Shown here one piece after another: positions 50,614-60,339 of a stretch of DNA of 64,000 bases. Made by a program: the position numbers and the translations under genes. Each line of letters starts with the position of its first letter. Position 1 is the stretch's first letter. This DNA is from Candidatus Aminicenantes bacterium (GTDB taxonomy: Bacteria > Acidobacteriota > Aminicenantia > Aminicenantales > Aminicenantaceae), in NCBI GenBank assembly GCA_030603565.1, contig JAUVXM010000006.1, forward strand, positions 607 to 64,606, written 5' to 3'. A model generated the notes under the pieces. The model saw only the letters and a program-made list of their open reading frames with translations. It did not search any database and was not told the origin of the DNA.

Positions 50614-53600
50614 ATGAAGTGTCCTTACTGTGGCTCAAATAACACAGCTAATACTCCATTTTGTAGTCAATGTGGGAATTCCCTGAAGGATTTGGGAGGG
50701 GGATTGAATACACGTACACTAACTATGGATTTAATCAGATTTCATCTAAAAAGAGGTAGTGTATTTGCAGATAGGTATGATGTAATCGATTTACTTGGCC
50801 AAGGGGGTATGGGCAAAGTATATCGGGTATTTGATCGGAAGATTAAAGAAGAAATTGCTTTGAAGCTTATAAAGAATGAAATAGCTAGCGATAAAAAAGC
50901 AATAGAACGATTTAGCCTTGAATTGAAAATTGCCCGAAAAATATCTAATAAAAATGTTTGCAGGATGTACGATATTAACGATCATGCAGGGATTCATTAC
51001 ATAACTATGGAATATATACCAGGAGAAGACCTAAATAGCCTTATTAAAAGAGTGAAAAAAATTACCGTTGAGAAAGCAATACACATAGCAATTCAAGTTT
51101 GTAATGGACTTGCGGAAGCGCACAAATTAGGAATTGTACATCGAGACTTGAAACCGCAAAACATAATGATAGATAAAAAAGGAAATGCCTATATTATGGA
51201 TTTTGGTATTGCACGTTCTCTTGAAACACAGGGAATTACAGAAGTTGGAAAAATTGTTGGAACTCCTAAATATATGTCTCCGGAACAAATTGATTGTCTG
51301 GAATTGGACGGAAGGTCTGATATATATTCGCTTGGAATAGTCTTGTATGAGATGGTAACTGGAAATGCTCCTTTTGACTCAGATAATTTTGTTAACGTTG
51401 TGCTTAAACATAAATCAAAGGCACCGAAGAATCCTAAAAAAATTGATTCTACTATCCCAAATAGACTTTGTGACGTTATTTTAAAATGCCTTGAAAAGGA
51501 CAGAGGAAAAAGATATCAAAAAATTGAGGACTTAATATCTAATCTAAATGGCATCAAAAAAGCACTTTTTTTTAAGAAAAAAGATCCCATCAACAAAGTG
51601 TCAATGGTGGACAAGTTTGTTGGATTGATCCATAAGAAAAAAGTTAAAATCGCAGTAGCTATGCTGCTGATATTGGCAGCTGGTGCAGTTGTAGTGTGGA
51701 TTCAAAAAAAAATATCAAAAATTGATTATGCTAAAAATGCTGATTTTTCTGAAACAATAAAGCAGCCAAGTATAAATAAAAATATAGAGCCAAGAGTTTT
51801 TGACGGATTTAAAATTAAGGAGGTTTCAGATGGAAGTGAAACTGTTAAAATCGATGGAGGTGTTGAGGACAAGCTATATATCGGCAAAACAGGAAGTATT
51901 TACTATGAAAAGCAAGAAAATGATGGGGAGAGTATTACGATTTATATCGCAGAATTTTTCATTACTGATGTAAGAAAAGAAGAATCATTAATCGAAATTT
52001 TTAAACAAAAGGAGAAAATTGTAAAAGGTTACCTGATAAAGTTTGATCAAAAAAATAAAGCGGTTCTATCAATTGCTTGTAAACAAAAAGAGGCGGAAAT
52101 TTTTATTAACAACGAAAAAAGAGGGAAAACTGATTTTAAGATGTTGTTAAATCCGGGGACATATAAAGTAGCAGTAAAAAAGAATAAATTTATGGAATAT
52201 TCTAGAACTGTCAATTTATTGCCAGGTGATAGAGTTCCCCTTGATTTAAGCTTGACTCCAATTATGCAAAAGCTCGGTCAATTAGTCATTACTAGTAATC
52301 CTCCTGGGGCAGATGTTTTTTTTAGGAATAAGGATAGTTCTATCGGAATAACTCCTTTTAGAGATAATCTGGAACCTGGAAAGTATATTATTGAAGTAGC
52401 CCTAAGAAATTATTATAAAGAAAGTGAGACATTTAAAATAAAGGCAGGCGAGAGAATTTCCCGGAATTTTGATCTTAATCCAAAGGATGCAACTATAAAA
52501 ATAGAATCTATTCCTAAAAAAGCAGAAGTGTTTATTAATAACGAAATGACTCCATCCGGAAAAACGCCTTTTCAGATGAATTTGCCTCCTAATAATTATA
52601 GAATAAGGCTACATCTGGAGGGATTTAAAGATCAAATAGACGAAATCATTCTTAATCCAGGCAAAATGGTTTTGAAAAATTACACTATGAGGAAAATAAT
52701 GCCGAAGAAATCTATATTGGTTGTGAATACTATTCCAGATGGCGCTTCTGTGTATATTAATAATGTGAAACAGAAATATAAAACTCCGATGGAGATTAGT
52801 TTAGAAGCTTCTAAAGTAGAATTGAGAATAGAAAAGGAAAATTATAAAGCATATGAAGAGAGTGTAAGTCTTAAATATCATGTTAATACAGAAAATCTTA
52901 CTCTTGAGAAACTAAGAAAAGCTCAGCTTATAATTAGCTCATATCGAGAAGCTTTGATTGAACTGGATGGGAAATTATTAGAAAAATCTGTCCCTCCGGA
53001 AAAAAAAGAAGAGGTTTATGAGGGTATACACAAAGTAAAGTTTATTTTTGATGAGAATCTTTTCATTGAAAAGACTATAAATATTGAAAATGGGGAAATT
53101 AATAGAATCCATTGTGACGATGAAGAATATAGAGAATTGAAAAAAGAAAGATGTAGGTATGAGATTAAAGCATGGCCGTTGGCAAAAGTAAAAATTGACG
53201 GAGAGTCCCTGAATGAACCGGTACCGCCCTTGAAAACAATATGGATTAATGAAGGGACCCACAAAATAAAATATCTATTTGAAAATCAATTGGCTGTTAC
53301 AATTAATGATACCATCAATAAAAGCGAGAAAAAAAATATACATCTAGGATATGAGATCCAAAATATCCAAATTTCTGAAGACTTAAATCAATTGAAAAAA
53401 ACAATAAAATGGCAAGACGAGTCTATCTCTATTGAATCGAATAACAATTTGGATATTAAGGTCGCTGGAGGAGTAAGATATACTGTCCCTTCTAATGACT
53501 TATTAATAATTCCTTATAAGAGAAAAAATGGACATCATTTTGAATTGTTTATCAATCCAAACAAAAGTTATGAAACCGTCATAAATTTAATAAGAATCGG

Positions 53601-53655
53601 GGAGAAAAAAATCGGTAAAATAGAGTTGAGAATATTATTAGATAAATCAAATTAA
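50614..53655 (+). CDS. Membrane Ser/Thr (Hanks-type) kinase with zinc ribbon and multiple PEGA domains
   Basis: CPYC..CSQC; GQGGMG, HRDLKPQN, DFG and YMSPE; a TM near aa 345-363; repeated S.P.GA.V.IN..G.TP PEGA units. Confidence 0.92.
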   Translation: MKCPYCGSNNTANTPFCSQCGNSLKDLGGGLNTRTLTMDLIRFHLKRGSVFADRYDVIDLLGQGGMGKVYRVFDRKIKEEIALKLIKNEIASDKKAIERFSLELKIARKISNKNVCRMYDINDHAGIHYITMEYIPGEDLNSLIKRVKKITVEKAIHIAIQVCNGLAEAHKLGIVHRDLKPQNIMIDKKGNAYIMDFGIARSLETQGITEVGKIVGTPKYMSPEQIDCLELDGRSDIYSLGIVLYEMVTGNAPFDSDNFVNVVLKHKSKAPKNPKKIDSTIPNRLCDVILKCLEKDRGKRYQKIEDLISNLNGIKKALFFKKKDPINKVSMVDKFVGLIHKKKVKIAVAMLLILAAGAVVVWIQKKISKIDYAKNADFSETIKQPSINKNIEPRVFDGFKIKEVSDGSETVKIDGGVEDKLYIGKTGSIYYEKQENDGESITIYIAEFFITDVRKEESLIEIFKQKEKIVKGYLIKFDQKNKAVLSIACKQKEAEIFINNEKRGKTDFKMLLNPGTYKVAVKKNKFMEYSRTVNLLPGDRVPLDLSLTPIMQKLGQLVITSNPPGADVFFRNKDSSIGITPFRDNLEPGKYIIEVALRNYYKESETFKIKAGERISRNFDLNPKDATIKIESIPKKAEVFINNEMTPSGKTPFQMNLPPNNYRIRLHLEGFKDQIDEIILNPGKMVLKNYTMRKIMPKKSILVVNTIPDGASVYINNVKQKYKTPMEISLEASKVELRIEKENYKAYEESVSLKYHVNTENLTLEKLRKAQLIISSYREALIELDGKLLEKSVPPEKKEEVYEGIHKVKFIFDENLFIEKTINIENGEINRIHCDDEEYRELKKERCRYEIKAWPLAKVKIDGESLNEPVPPLKTIWINEGTHKIKYLFENQLAVTINDTINKSEKKNIHLGYEIQNIQISEDLNQLKKTIKWQDESISIESNNNLDIKVAGGVRYTVPSNDLLIIPYKRKNGHHFELFINPNKSYETVINLIRIGEKKIGKIELRILLDKSN

Positions 53656-53672
53656 GAAAACAGGAGGAAAGC

Positions 53673-54260
53673 ATGAAAAAAAAAATATTGTTTCTAATTA
53701 TGTTATTATTTATGTTGCATATTACACAGGCTCAGACTGAAACAAAAAAATCTGAAAATTTAACTCTTTACTATGGTTCTGGTGCTAATAATACCAAAGT
53801 AGCAGGGGCTTCAATGGGAGGAAATATTTGGCATTATTTACAGTTTCAGTTGGATGTATTTAAATACTTAAATCAGGACATGAATTTTTATTCAGTGAAT
53901 CCTTCCGAAGATAGGAGTGATTTTCTAGGCCTTTCTGGCAACGTTGCTTTGAAAATTCCGATTCATCTTATCCCTTCTCTTGATAGATTAGAGTTTGTTC
54001 AGCCTTATATCCTAATAGGATATGGATACGGCATTGAAAGCATTAAAGGAGAATTTATAAAAGAGCCTGATTCTGAGGGAAATACTGGCATTTTCTCTAA
54101 AATAAGACAATTTGATTCTATAGGTACAGGAATTATAATCTGGGTGCTTCCTACTGTGGGAATAAAAGTAGATTACCGTTCAATTAAATTATCAGAACAT
54201 GAAAAAATGGGTTTTCCGAAAAGAAAATTTAACCGTATTTCTTTGGGAATATGTTTTTAA
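53673..54260 (+). CDS. Putative small outer-membrane beta-barrel protein
   Basis: Signal peptide, amphipathic strands (VQPYILIGYGYG, GIKVDYR), C-terminal Phe. Confidence 0.65.
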   Translation: MKKKILFLIMLLFMLHITQAQTETKKSENLTLYYGSGANNTKVAGASMGGNIWHYLQFQLDVFKYLNQDMNFYSVNPSEDRSDFLGLSGNVALKIPIHLIPSLDRLEFVQPYILIGYGYGIESIKGEFIKEPDSEGNTGIFSKIRQFDSIGTGIIIWVLPTVGIKVDYRSIKLSEHEKMGFPKRKFNRISLGICF

Positions 54261-54286
54261 ATATATAATTGTAAAAGGGAGGAAAA

Positions 54287-54922
54287 ATGTTTAGGAGTCG
54301 AATTAATTTATTACTAATTTGTTTTGTTTTGGCAGTTGTTTTTACAGCTCCGAGCTTTGGACAAGAAGAGAATTTATTTCAAGAAGGGAAAAAGCTATAT
54401 CAGTCAGGCGAGTATGATGAAGCTATTAAAGCCTTTTCTGAAGTTGTTAAAAAATCAGTAAATAAAGATTTATGCTTTAAAGCTTATTTATATTTGGGTT
54501 ACACCTATTTTACTCGTGGTAATCATAATAAAGCCAGGAAAAGCATTGAAAATAGTGTGCAGATGAAACAAAACGTAGAGCTTGATGAGAGCGAGTTTGT
54601 GCCTGAGTTTATAGATTTTTATGAAGAAAACAAATTGGGAGTAGTAGGAATAGGATTTTTTGAGTCCATACCTTCATCTGCTAGTGTTTATCTAGACAAA
54701 AAGAAGATAGGATTTACTCCTGTTAAAAAAGAATTGTTGTCTCAGAAATATTATTTACGCATTGTAAAAAGGGGATATGAACCTATTGTGAAGGAAATTG
54801 AAATCAATATAGGAGAAATTAATTATTTTAAAGTTGATTTTAGCAAAGGAAAAAATTGGAAGACTTTCTTGAGGTCATCTGTTTTAATGATTGTTTTAGG
54901 TTTGGTGCTAAAGAGTTTATAA
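54287..54922 (+). CDS. Exported TPR plus PEGA protein
   Basis: Signal peptide, TPR pair (GKKLYQSGEYDEAI..F; AYLYLG.TY), PEGA unit SIPSSASVYLD..IG.TP, hydrophobic C-terminus. Confidence 0.8.
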   Translation: MFRSRINLLLICFVLAVVFTAPSFGQEENLFQEGKKLYQSGEYDEAIKAFSEVVKKSVNKDLCFKAYLYLGYTYFTRGNHNKARKSIENSVQMKQNVELDESEFVPEFIDFYEENKLGVVGIGFFESIPSSASVYLDKKKIGFTPVKKELLSQKYYLRIVKRGYEPIVKEIEINIGEINYFKVDFSKGKNWKTFLRSSVLMIVLGLVLKSL

Positions 54923-54934
54923 ATCCAAAAAATT

Positions 54935-55145
54935 GTAGGAATTCCTAGGCTCTGGGTCTGTGAGACAGAATCGGACAAGTACTGGCGTGCTGTACTAAAT
55001 GAGCTCAAGAACCAAGGGTTAAAAGATGTTCTTATCTTCTCTGTGGATAATCCCAAAGGTATCTCTAAGGCCCCGAGGAAGTCTTTCCCCAAGCGTGAAT
55101 ACAAAATACATTGTTCACCAATCCTTTCTTCATCAAGTACCTATG
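54935..55145 (+). pseudogene. IS256-family transposase relic
   Basis: Reads LWVCETESDKYWRAVLNELKNQGLKDVLIFSVDNPKG..FPK, then frameshifted YIVHQ. This resembles the IS256 core E.A.FW..VL..LKNRG..D.LI...D.LKG...CIVHQ. No start codon. Confidence 0.8.
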
Positions 55146-55276
55146 TTAATTCCATTTGCCCCACAGATGGTCTTTGACGTATGAATTAAAAAATATAAGT
55201 GTCGATAATAAAAAGGATGATGCAATAATAAAAATTACTAAAGAGAATGCAACGAAAAGAAGATATATAAGATAAT

Positions 55277-56734
55277 CTACTTTTTCTTCCCTTTAATAGT
55301 TATTGTAGCAGGCAAATTAAAAGTTGTGCCGTCGCTGAGATTTCCAGTGACATAAATTGTAGGGCTATCTCCGTTTTTCGGATTAGAGATAATTGAGATT
55401 GCTTTGCTTTGCGAAAATTTAGCTATATAGGTGAATCCTCCGATCTCGTAATCATCAGGTTGAACTGATCCACCTGGTCCCACCATACACAGAGAGCTAT
55501 AGATGATATCTTCAAATCCTTCCCCTTTTATTCGTGCTATCACTTCACCATCACCATTTTCTGCCCAGGCTGTATTCCATTTAGTTGGCTTTATTTCTAA
55601 GGTTAACAGACCTTGGCCGAATTTCTTTCCCGAAATCGTAATCGTATCCCACACCTCAAAAGGAGTTCCCCTACTAAGATTTCCGGTTACGAGAATTGTA
55701 CAATTGTCGCCCCGTTTTGGATCAAGAATCAGGCCAATCGCATCACTTTGGTTGAATTTTGTAACGAAAGACACACCACCGAATTCATAGCTGTCTGGAA
55801 TCGGACTGATTGAAGGTAATCCATCATCTGGATATGCCATCTGAACAGTCGTAGGATCTATATCTTGAAAGCCTTCTCCGCTGATTCGGGCTGTCACTAC
55901 ATTTTCGCTATCATTGTCGCCTTCATCATTTACCCAGGCAATGTTCCACTTTTTAGGCCGTATCACCAAAGACAAATCCCCTCCTAGATATTTCTTACCA
56001 ACAACAATTATATTTGCAATTGGGGGATCAAATTCTGTTCCATCATTAAACTGGCCCATGACTTGAATATCGTAAGATTCTCCTCGCTGCGGCTCAGGGA
56101 TTATTCCGATAGCTTCGATTTTCAGGAATTTGGCAACAAAAGAATACGGTCCAACTTGTGCCTTAGATGGAGCACCTGTTTCTGCCCCCTCAGGACCGAC
56201 CATTCTTAAAGTCTCTGGGTTTATCTCTTCAAATCCTTCTCCGCTGATACGCACCGTGACCAAGCCCATGCTATTTGCCCAATTTATGTTCCACTTAAAT
56301 GGCTTTATCCGCACTCGGAGTTCCTGGGTTATCTCATTATTTTTTTTACTCCCTCTGGAAGGCCCCTTATTAATCCCAGCTTTTTGGTTCAATTTAGGAT
56401 TATGACTTGCCGTGACGCTATTAACAGTAGCATTGGAAACTTCATTTCCAGTGCTCGCTTCGGCGGCTTGATCAACGGATGCCACATGACTGGTTCGAGA
56501 TTTTCCTTTAAAATCAGGTTTTTGCCTCTGATAGCTACCTTTTTCCTCGCTTTTCGCAGATATAGAACCATTACTATAAGAACTTGTTGAAGCGACACTT
56601 CCTGTATTCACAACCTCACTTGATTGTTCCTCAACATCAGCGGCGGGAGTGAAGGGATTTCCGTCTTTATTACAGCTAATAGACAAGAACGAAAGCATAA
56701 AAATACAGGTTAGCACAATAACTTTAGTTTTCAT
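55277..56734 (-). CDS. Lipoprotein with Ser-rich linker and three tandem ~115-aa beta-rich repeats
   Basis: Lipobox SISC; repeat consensus I.P.KWN..W..V..RI.GEGF..I..F..KF....AI..I..P..G....I.V.G....GT.F...I...GKK. Confidence 0.85.
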   Translation of the reverse strand: MKTKVIVLTCIFMLSFLSISCNKDGNPFTPAADVEEQSSEVVNTGSVASTSSYSNGSISAKSEEKGSYQRQKPDFKGKSRTSHVASVDQAAEASTGNEVSNATVNSVTASHNPKLNQKAGINKGPSRGSKKNNEITQELRVRIKPFKWNINWANSMGLVTVRISGEGFEEINPETLRMVGPEGAETGAPSKAQVGPYSFVAKFLKIEAIGIIPEPQRGESYDIQVMGQFNDGTEFDPPIANIIVVGKKYLGGDLSLVIRPKKWNIAWVNDEGDNDSENVVTARISGEGFQDIDPTTVQMAYPDDGLPSISPIPDSYEFGGVSFVTKFNQSDAIGLILDPKRGDNCTILVTGNLSRGTPFEVWDTITISGKKFGQGLLTLEIKPTKWNTAWAENGDGEVIARIKGEGFEDIIYSSLCMVGPGGSVQPDDYEIGGFTYIAKFSQSKAISIISNPKNGDSPTIYVTGNLSDGTTFNLPATITIKGKKK

Positions 56735-56940
56735 TTTATTTCTCCTTAGCCCTGAATGTTAATAATCATTATAACATGATTTTATAAAATGCAACCTTTT
56801 CCCTCTTTATCCCATATGATCAATATGATCAAAAATTGAACACATGTCAATCACCTTTATAGGTGACTTTTTGCTAATTCCATAACCCCCCTCTGCTACC
56901 ACAACTCCTTTATCTCGTCGTATTTACTAATTTTCCATCT

Positions 56941-56979
56941 AACCTGAACTATTCATAAAAAATCTCGATGTTTATGATA
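56941..56979 (-). repeat. Family E right-end fragment
   Basis: AACCTGAACTATTCATAAAAAATCTCGATGTTTATGATA. Confidence 0.7.
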
Positions 56980-57089
56980 AACCTATTCATATCAATATGT
57001 CGGATTAATTTATTGTGAATTCATATTCTTTCAATTTTTTAAATAATTATACGACAAAATTTAAGCTTAAGCTAGAACTACATATAAGG

Positions 57090-57515
57090 ATGATTAAAGT
57101 AGATAAAAAGTCCAAAAAAGCGGTAAATCCTGCCAGGATATTGATCGTTGAAGATGAAAATATTATTGCTATGGATATTCAGAGTATATTGCAAAAAATG
57201 GGTTATGATGTCTTTGCTATAGTTTCTTCAGGGGAAGAATCAATTAATATCGCCTCCTTAACTATGCCTGATATTGTTCTTATGGATATCAAATTAAAAG
57301 GAAAGATGAATGGTATTCAGGCTGCTGAGCATATATATGATCAATTCAGGATACCTATAATTTTTGTTTCTGCTTATGGAGATGAGCTTACATACGTACA
57401 ATCAGGCAGGTTTAAGCCATTTGAATTTGTCCGAAAACCTTTTATAGAAGAGGAACTAGAAGACAAAATTTCAGGAGTTCTGCATAAAAGCCGGAAGTAT
57501 AGTACTGTTAACTAA
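57090..57515 (+). CDS. Single-domain response regulator receiver
   Basis: ILIVEDE, PDIVLMDI, SAY and RKPF motifs; start uncertain. Confidence 0.85.
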   Translation: MIKVDKKSKKAVNPARILIVEDENIIAMDIQSILQKMGYDVFAIVSSGEESINIASLTMPDIVLMDIKLKGKMNGIQAAEHIYDQFRIPIIFVSAYGDELTYVQSGRFKPFEFVRKPFIEEELEDKISGVLHKSRKYSTVN

Positions 57516-57576
57516 AAACATCTTCCCCTTGATTTTTTCATGTAAGTTTGAACATAATACTTGGTGTAATAGAAAA

Positions 57577-58611
57577 ATGAATATGCGTGTTGCAATGTAT
57601 TATAGTAACCATGATATACGGGTGGAAGAGATGCCAGTTCCTATAATAGGGCCGGATGAACTCTTAATGCGTACCGAAGCCAGCGGTATATGCGGCAGTG
57701 ACGTGCTGGAATGGTATCGTATAAAAAAAGCTCCACTTGTGTTGGGACATGAAGTTGCCGGCCAGGTGGTAAAAATTGGGGAAAAAGTTACCAGGTTCAA
57801 AGTAGGGGACAGGATAGTCGCAAATCATCATGTGCCCTGTAACACCTGTTCATTTTGCCTTACAGGACATCATACGGCCTGTAATACTTTACGGAGTACT
57901 AATTTTGAACCGGGCGGATTCTCAGAATACATTCGAATCCCTGCAATAAATGTAGATAGAGGGACATTCCTTATCCCAAATGAACTTACTTATGAGCAAG
58001 CGACCTTCCATGAGCCTCTGGGATGTGTTATCCGGGCTAATAGGATGGCTGGACTGAAGCCAGGGCAAAGCGTGCTTGTCCTGGGGAGCGGAATTGCCGG
58101 ACTCTTAAACATTCATTTTGCCAGACAAGCCGGGGCAGGCTTGATCCTGGCTGTCGAACCTGTCTCATACCGCCAAAAAGCGGCCTTAAAGTTTGGCGCA
58201 AATGAAGCGATATCACCTGGAGAGGATATTCCAGAACTCTTAAGAAAAATAAACAGGGGAAGACTGGCAGACATGGTTTTTATAAGTACCGGAGCAGAGG
58301 AACCTCAATCTCAGGCGCTCAAGTGGGTAGAAAGAGGAGGAACTGTTGTATATTTCGCGCCTACTGCATCAGATGTTAAAGTTCCGGTTTCAGTAAACGA
58401 GCTGTTTTTTAGAAATGACATAAACCTTACTACTAGTTATGGCTGTGCCCCCTATGATTCTTATCTTGCTCTTGAACTTATGCATTGGTCTAAACTTAAA
58501 ATAAAAGAAATGATTACACACAGATTGCCTTTGGTTGAAACATCCAAGGGATTCCAAATGGTAGCGGCAGCAGAAGATTCATTAAAGGTGATTATTGAGC
58601 CACAGAAGTAA
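57577..58611 (+). CDS. Zinc-dependent medium-chain dehydrogenase (sorbitol/threonine DH-like)
   Basis: GICGSD, LGHEVAG, C..C..C.......C and GSGIAG motifs; start 57577 or 57583. Confidence 0.9.
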   Translation: MNMRVAMYYSNHDIRVEEMPVPIIGPDELLMRTEASGICGSDVLEWYRIKKAPLVLGHEVAGQVVKIGEKVTRFKVGDRIVANHHVPCNTCSFCLTGHHTACNTLRSTNFEPGGFSEYIRIPAINVDRGTFLIPNELTYEQATFHEPLGCVIRANRMAGLKPGQSVLVLGSGIAGLLNIHFARQAGAGLILAVEPVSYRQKAALKFGANEAISPGEDIPELLRKINRGRLADMVFISTGAEEPQSQALKWVERGGTVVYFAPTASDVKVPVSVNELFFRNDINLTTSYGCAPYDSYLALELMHWSKLKIKEMITHRLPLVETSKGFQMVAAAEDSLKVIIEPQK

Positions 58612-58645
58612 TAAGTAGTATAGTAAAATGTTGATTTGAAAAGAT

Positions 58646-58683
58646 GTATCATACATATCAACATTTTTTTTGAATAGTTCAGG
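58646..58683 (+). repeat. Family E right-end fragment
   Basis: GTATCATACATATCAACATTTTTTTTGAATAGTTCAGG, directly before the AAGGAGG RBS of the next gene. Confidence 0.7.
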
Positions 58684-58704
58684 CTAATTGTTAAGGAGGT
58701 TAAA

Positions 58705-59493
58705 ATGGACTGGGGAATCAAAAATCGTTTAGCTCGAATAATAAAACCACAGACAGGACGTACTGTGATGCTGGCGGTCGATCATGGGTATTTTTTAGGC
58801 CCGACAAAAAAATTAGAAAGCGTAAGCAGGACAATTGAGCCGTTAATGGATTATGCTGATGCTCTCATGTTAACGCGGGGAATACTGCGTACTTCAGTGG
58901 AACCTGAAACTTCGATGCCGGTAGTGCTGAGAGTGTCGGGAGGAAGCAGTATTATCGGGGAAGACCTGTCAAATGAAGTAATAACTACTTCCATAGAGGA
59001 TGCTATCAGACTGAATGTGTCTGCCATTGCGCTTTCAATATTTGTCGGTTCCGAATATGAAAGCCAGACTCTGGAAAGCCTGGCTATGCTGGTAAATATG
59101 GGACAGGAGTTTGGTATCCCGGTGCTGGCTGTGACTGCTGTGGGTAAAGAATTATCCAAGCGGGATTCCCGTTTTCTCTCCCTTTCCTGCCGGATTGCTG
59201 CTGAATTTGGAGCAAGTTTTGTAAAAACCTATTACTGTGAAGATTTTGAAAAAGTAGTAGAAAGCTGCCCAGTACCGATTGTTATAGCTGGCGGGCCAAA
59301 ACTTGAAACTGAACTTGATGCATTTGAAATGGCATATGATGCAGTAAATAAAGGTGCGGTTGGAGTAGATATGGGACGGAATATCTGGCAGAATAATAAT
59401 CCTGTGGCTATGCTGAAAGCTGTGAGAGCAGTTGTACATAAAAACGCTTCTCCTGCTGAAGCTCTGGAGATATTTAATAGGAATAAAAAATAA
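58705..59493 (+). CDS. lsrF: LsrF-like class I aldolase/thiolase (DhnA family)
   Basis: MDWG.KNRLARI, MLAVDHGYFLGPT, VKTYY, IAGGPK and GVDMGRNIWQ motifs. Confidence 0.85.
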   Translation: MDWGIKNRLARIIKPQTGRTVMLAVDHGYFLGPTKKLESVSRTIEPLMDYADALMLTRGILRTSVEPETSMPVVLRVSGGSSIIGEDLSNEVITTSIEDAIRLNVSAIALSIFVGSEYESQTLESLAMLVNMGQEFGIPVLAVTAVGKELSKRDSRFLSLSCRIAAEFGASFVKTYYCEDFEKVVESCPVPIVIAGGPKLETELDAFEMAYDAVNKGAVGVDMGRNIWQNNNPVAMLKAVRAVVHKNASPAEALEIFNRNKK

Positions 59494-59506
59494 CAAGAGT
59501 ACGTTG

Positions 59507-60337
59507 ATGAAAATCGCACTTATACAACAGCATGCCACAAAAGACAGTACAGAAAATGTAGAGCGGGGAATTAAGGCTTTTCAGGCCGCAGCTGAAGCAG
59601 GAGCTGAACTTATAGCCTATGCAGAATTAGGTTTATTATATTTTCTTCCTCAGAATCCGGCTACTTCTGAATCTGCAGCCAAAGCAGAGAAGGTCCCTGG
59701 TCCGGTAATTGAAAAATTCCAAAAACTTGCCGCCCATTATGGAGTAGTCACTGTTTTAAATGTATTTGAAAAAGCCGGAGATAAGACTTTTGACTCATCT
59801 CCTGTGATAGATGGCGATGGCAAGCTTCTGGGAGTTACACGCATGGCCCATGTTATGGATGGCCTGGGTTTTTATGAAAAAGGATATTACACACCTGGAG
59901 ATAATAAAAGATTCGTTTATGACACAAAAATAGGCAAATTAGGAATAGCGATCTGTTATGACCGTCATTTTCCCGAATATATGCGAAACCTGGCGCTCCA
60001 GGGGGCTGAGATTGTAATCGTCCCCCAAGCCGGTGCTTTAGGAGAATGGACAGAAGGATTATTCGAAGCAGAGCTTCAAGTAGCAGCTTTTCAGAACGGC
60101 TATTTTGCAGCTCTGGTTAATCGGGTAGGTAAAGAAGATACTCTCCATTTTGCCGGCGGGTCATTTATAGTCGATCCTGACGGCCGCCTTCTTGCTCAAG
60201 CACCGCAGGAAGAAGATTTTATTCTCTATGCGGAAGTTGATTTAAAGAAAGTATCGGATTGTGCTGCAAAGAAATATTTTCTAAATGACCGAAGGCCGGA
60301 TTATTACAAAAAGTTTTCTCTGCTTGATCAGGAATAA
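59507..60337 (+). CDS. Carbon-nitrogen hydrolase (nitrilase superfamily)
   Basis: MKIALIQ, AEL, EKGYYTPG, ICYDRHFPE and NRVG.E motifs. The usual catalytic RK.H appears as RMAH. Confidence 0.88.
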   Translation: MKIALIQQHATKDSTENVERGIKAFQAAAEAGAELIAYAELGLLYFLPQNPATSESAAKAEKVPGPVIEKFQKLAAHYGVVTVLNVFEKAGDKTFDSSPVIDGDGKLLGVTRMAHVMDGLGFYEKGYYTPGDNKRFVYDTKIGKLGIAICYDRHFPEYMRNLALQGAEIVIVPQAGALGEWTEGLFEAELQVAAFQNGYFAALVNRVGKEDTLHFAGGSFIVDPDGRLLAQAPQEEDFILYAEVDLKKVSDCAAKKYFLNDRRPDYYKKFSLLDQE

Positions 60338-60339
60338 TA

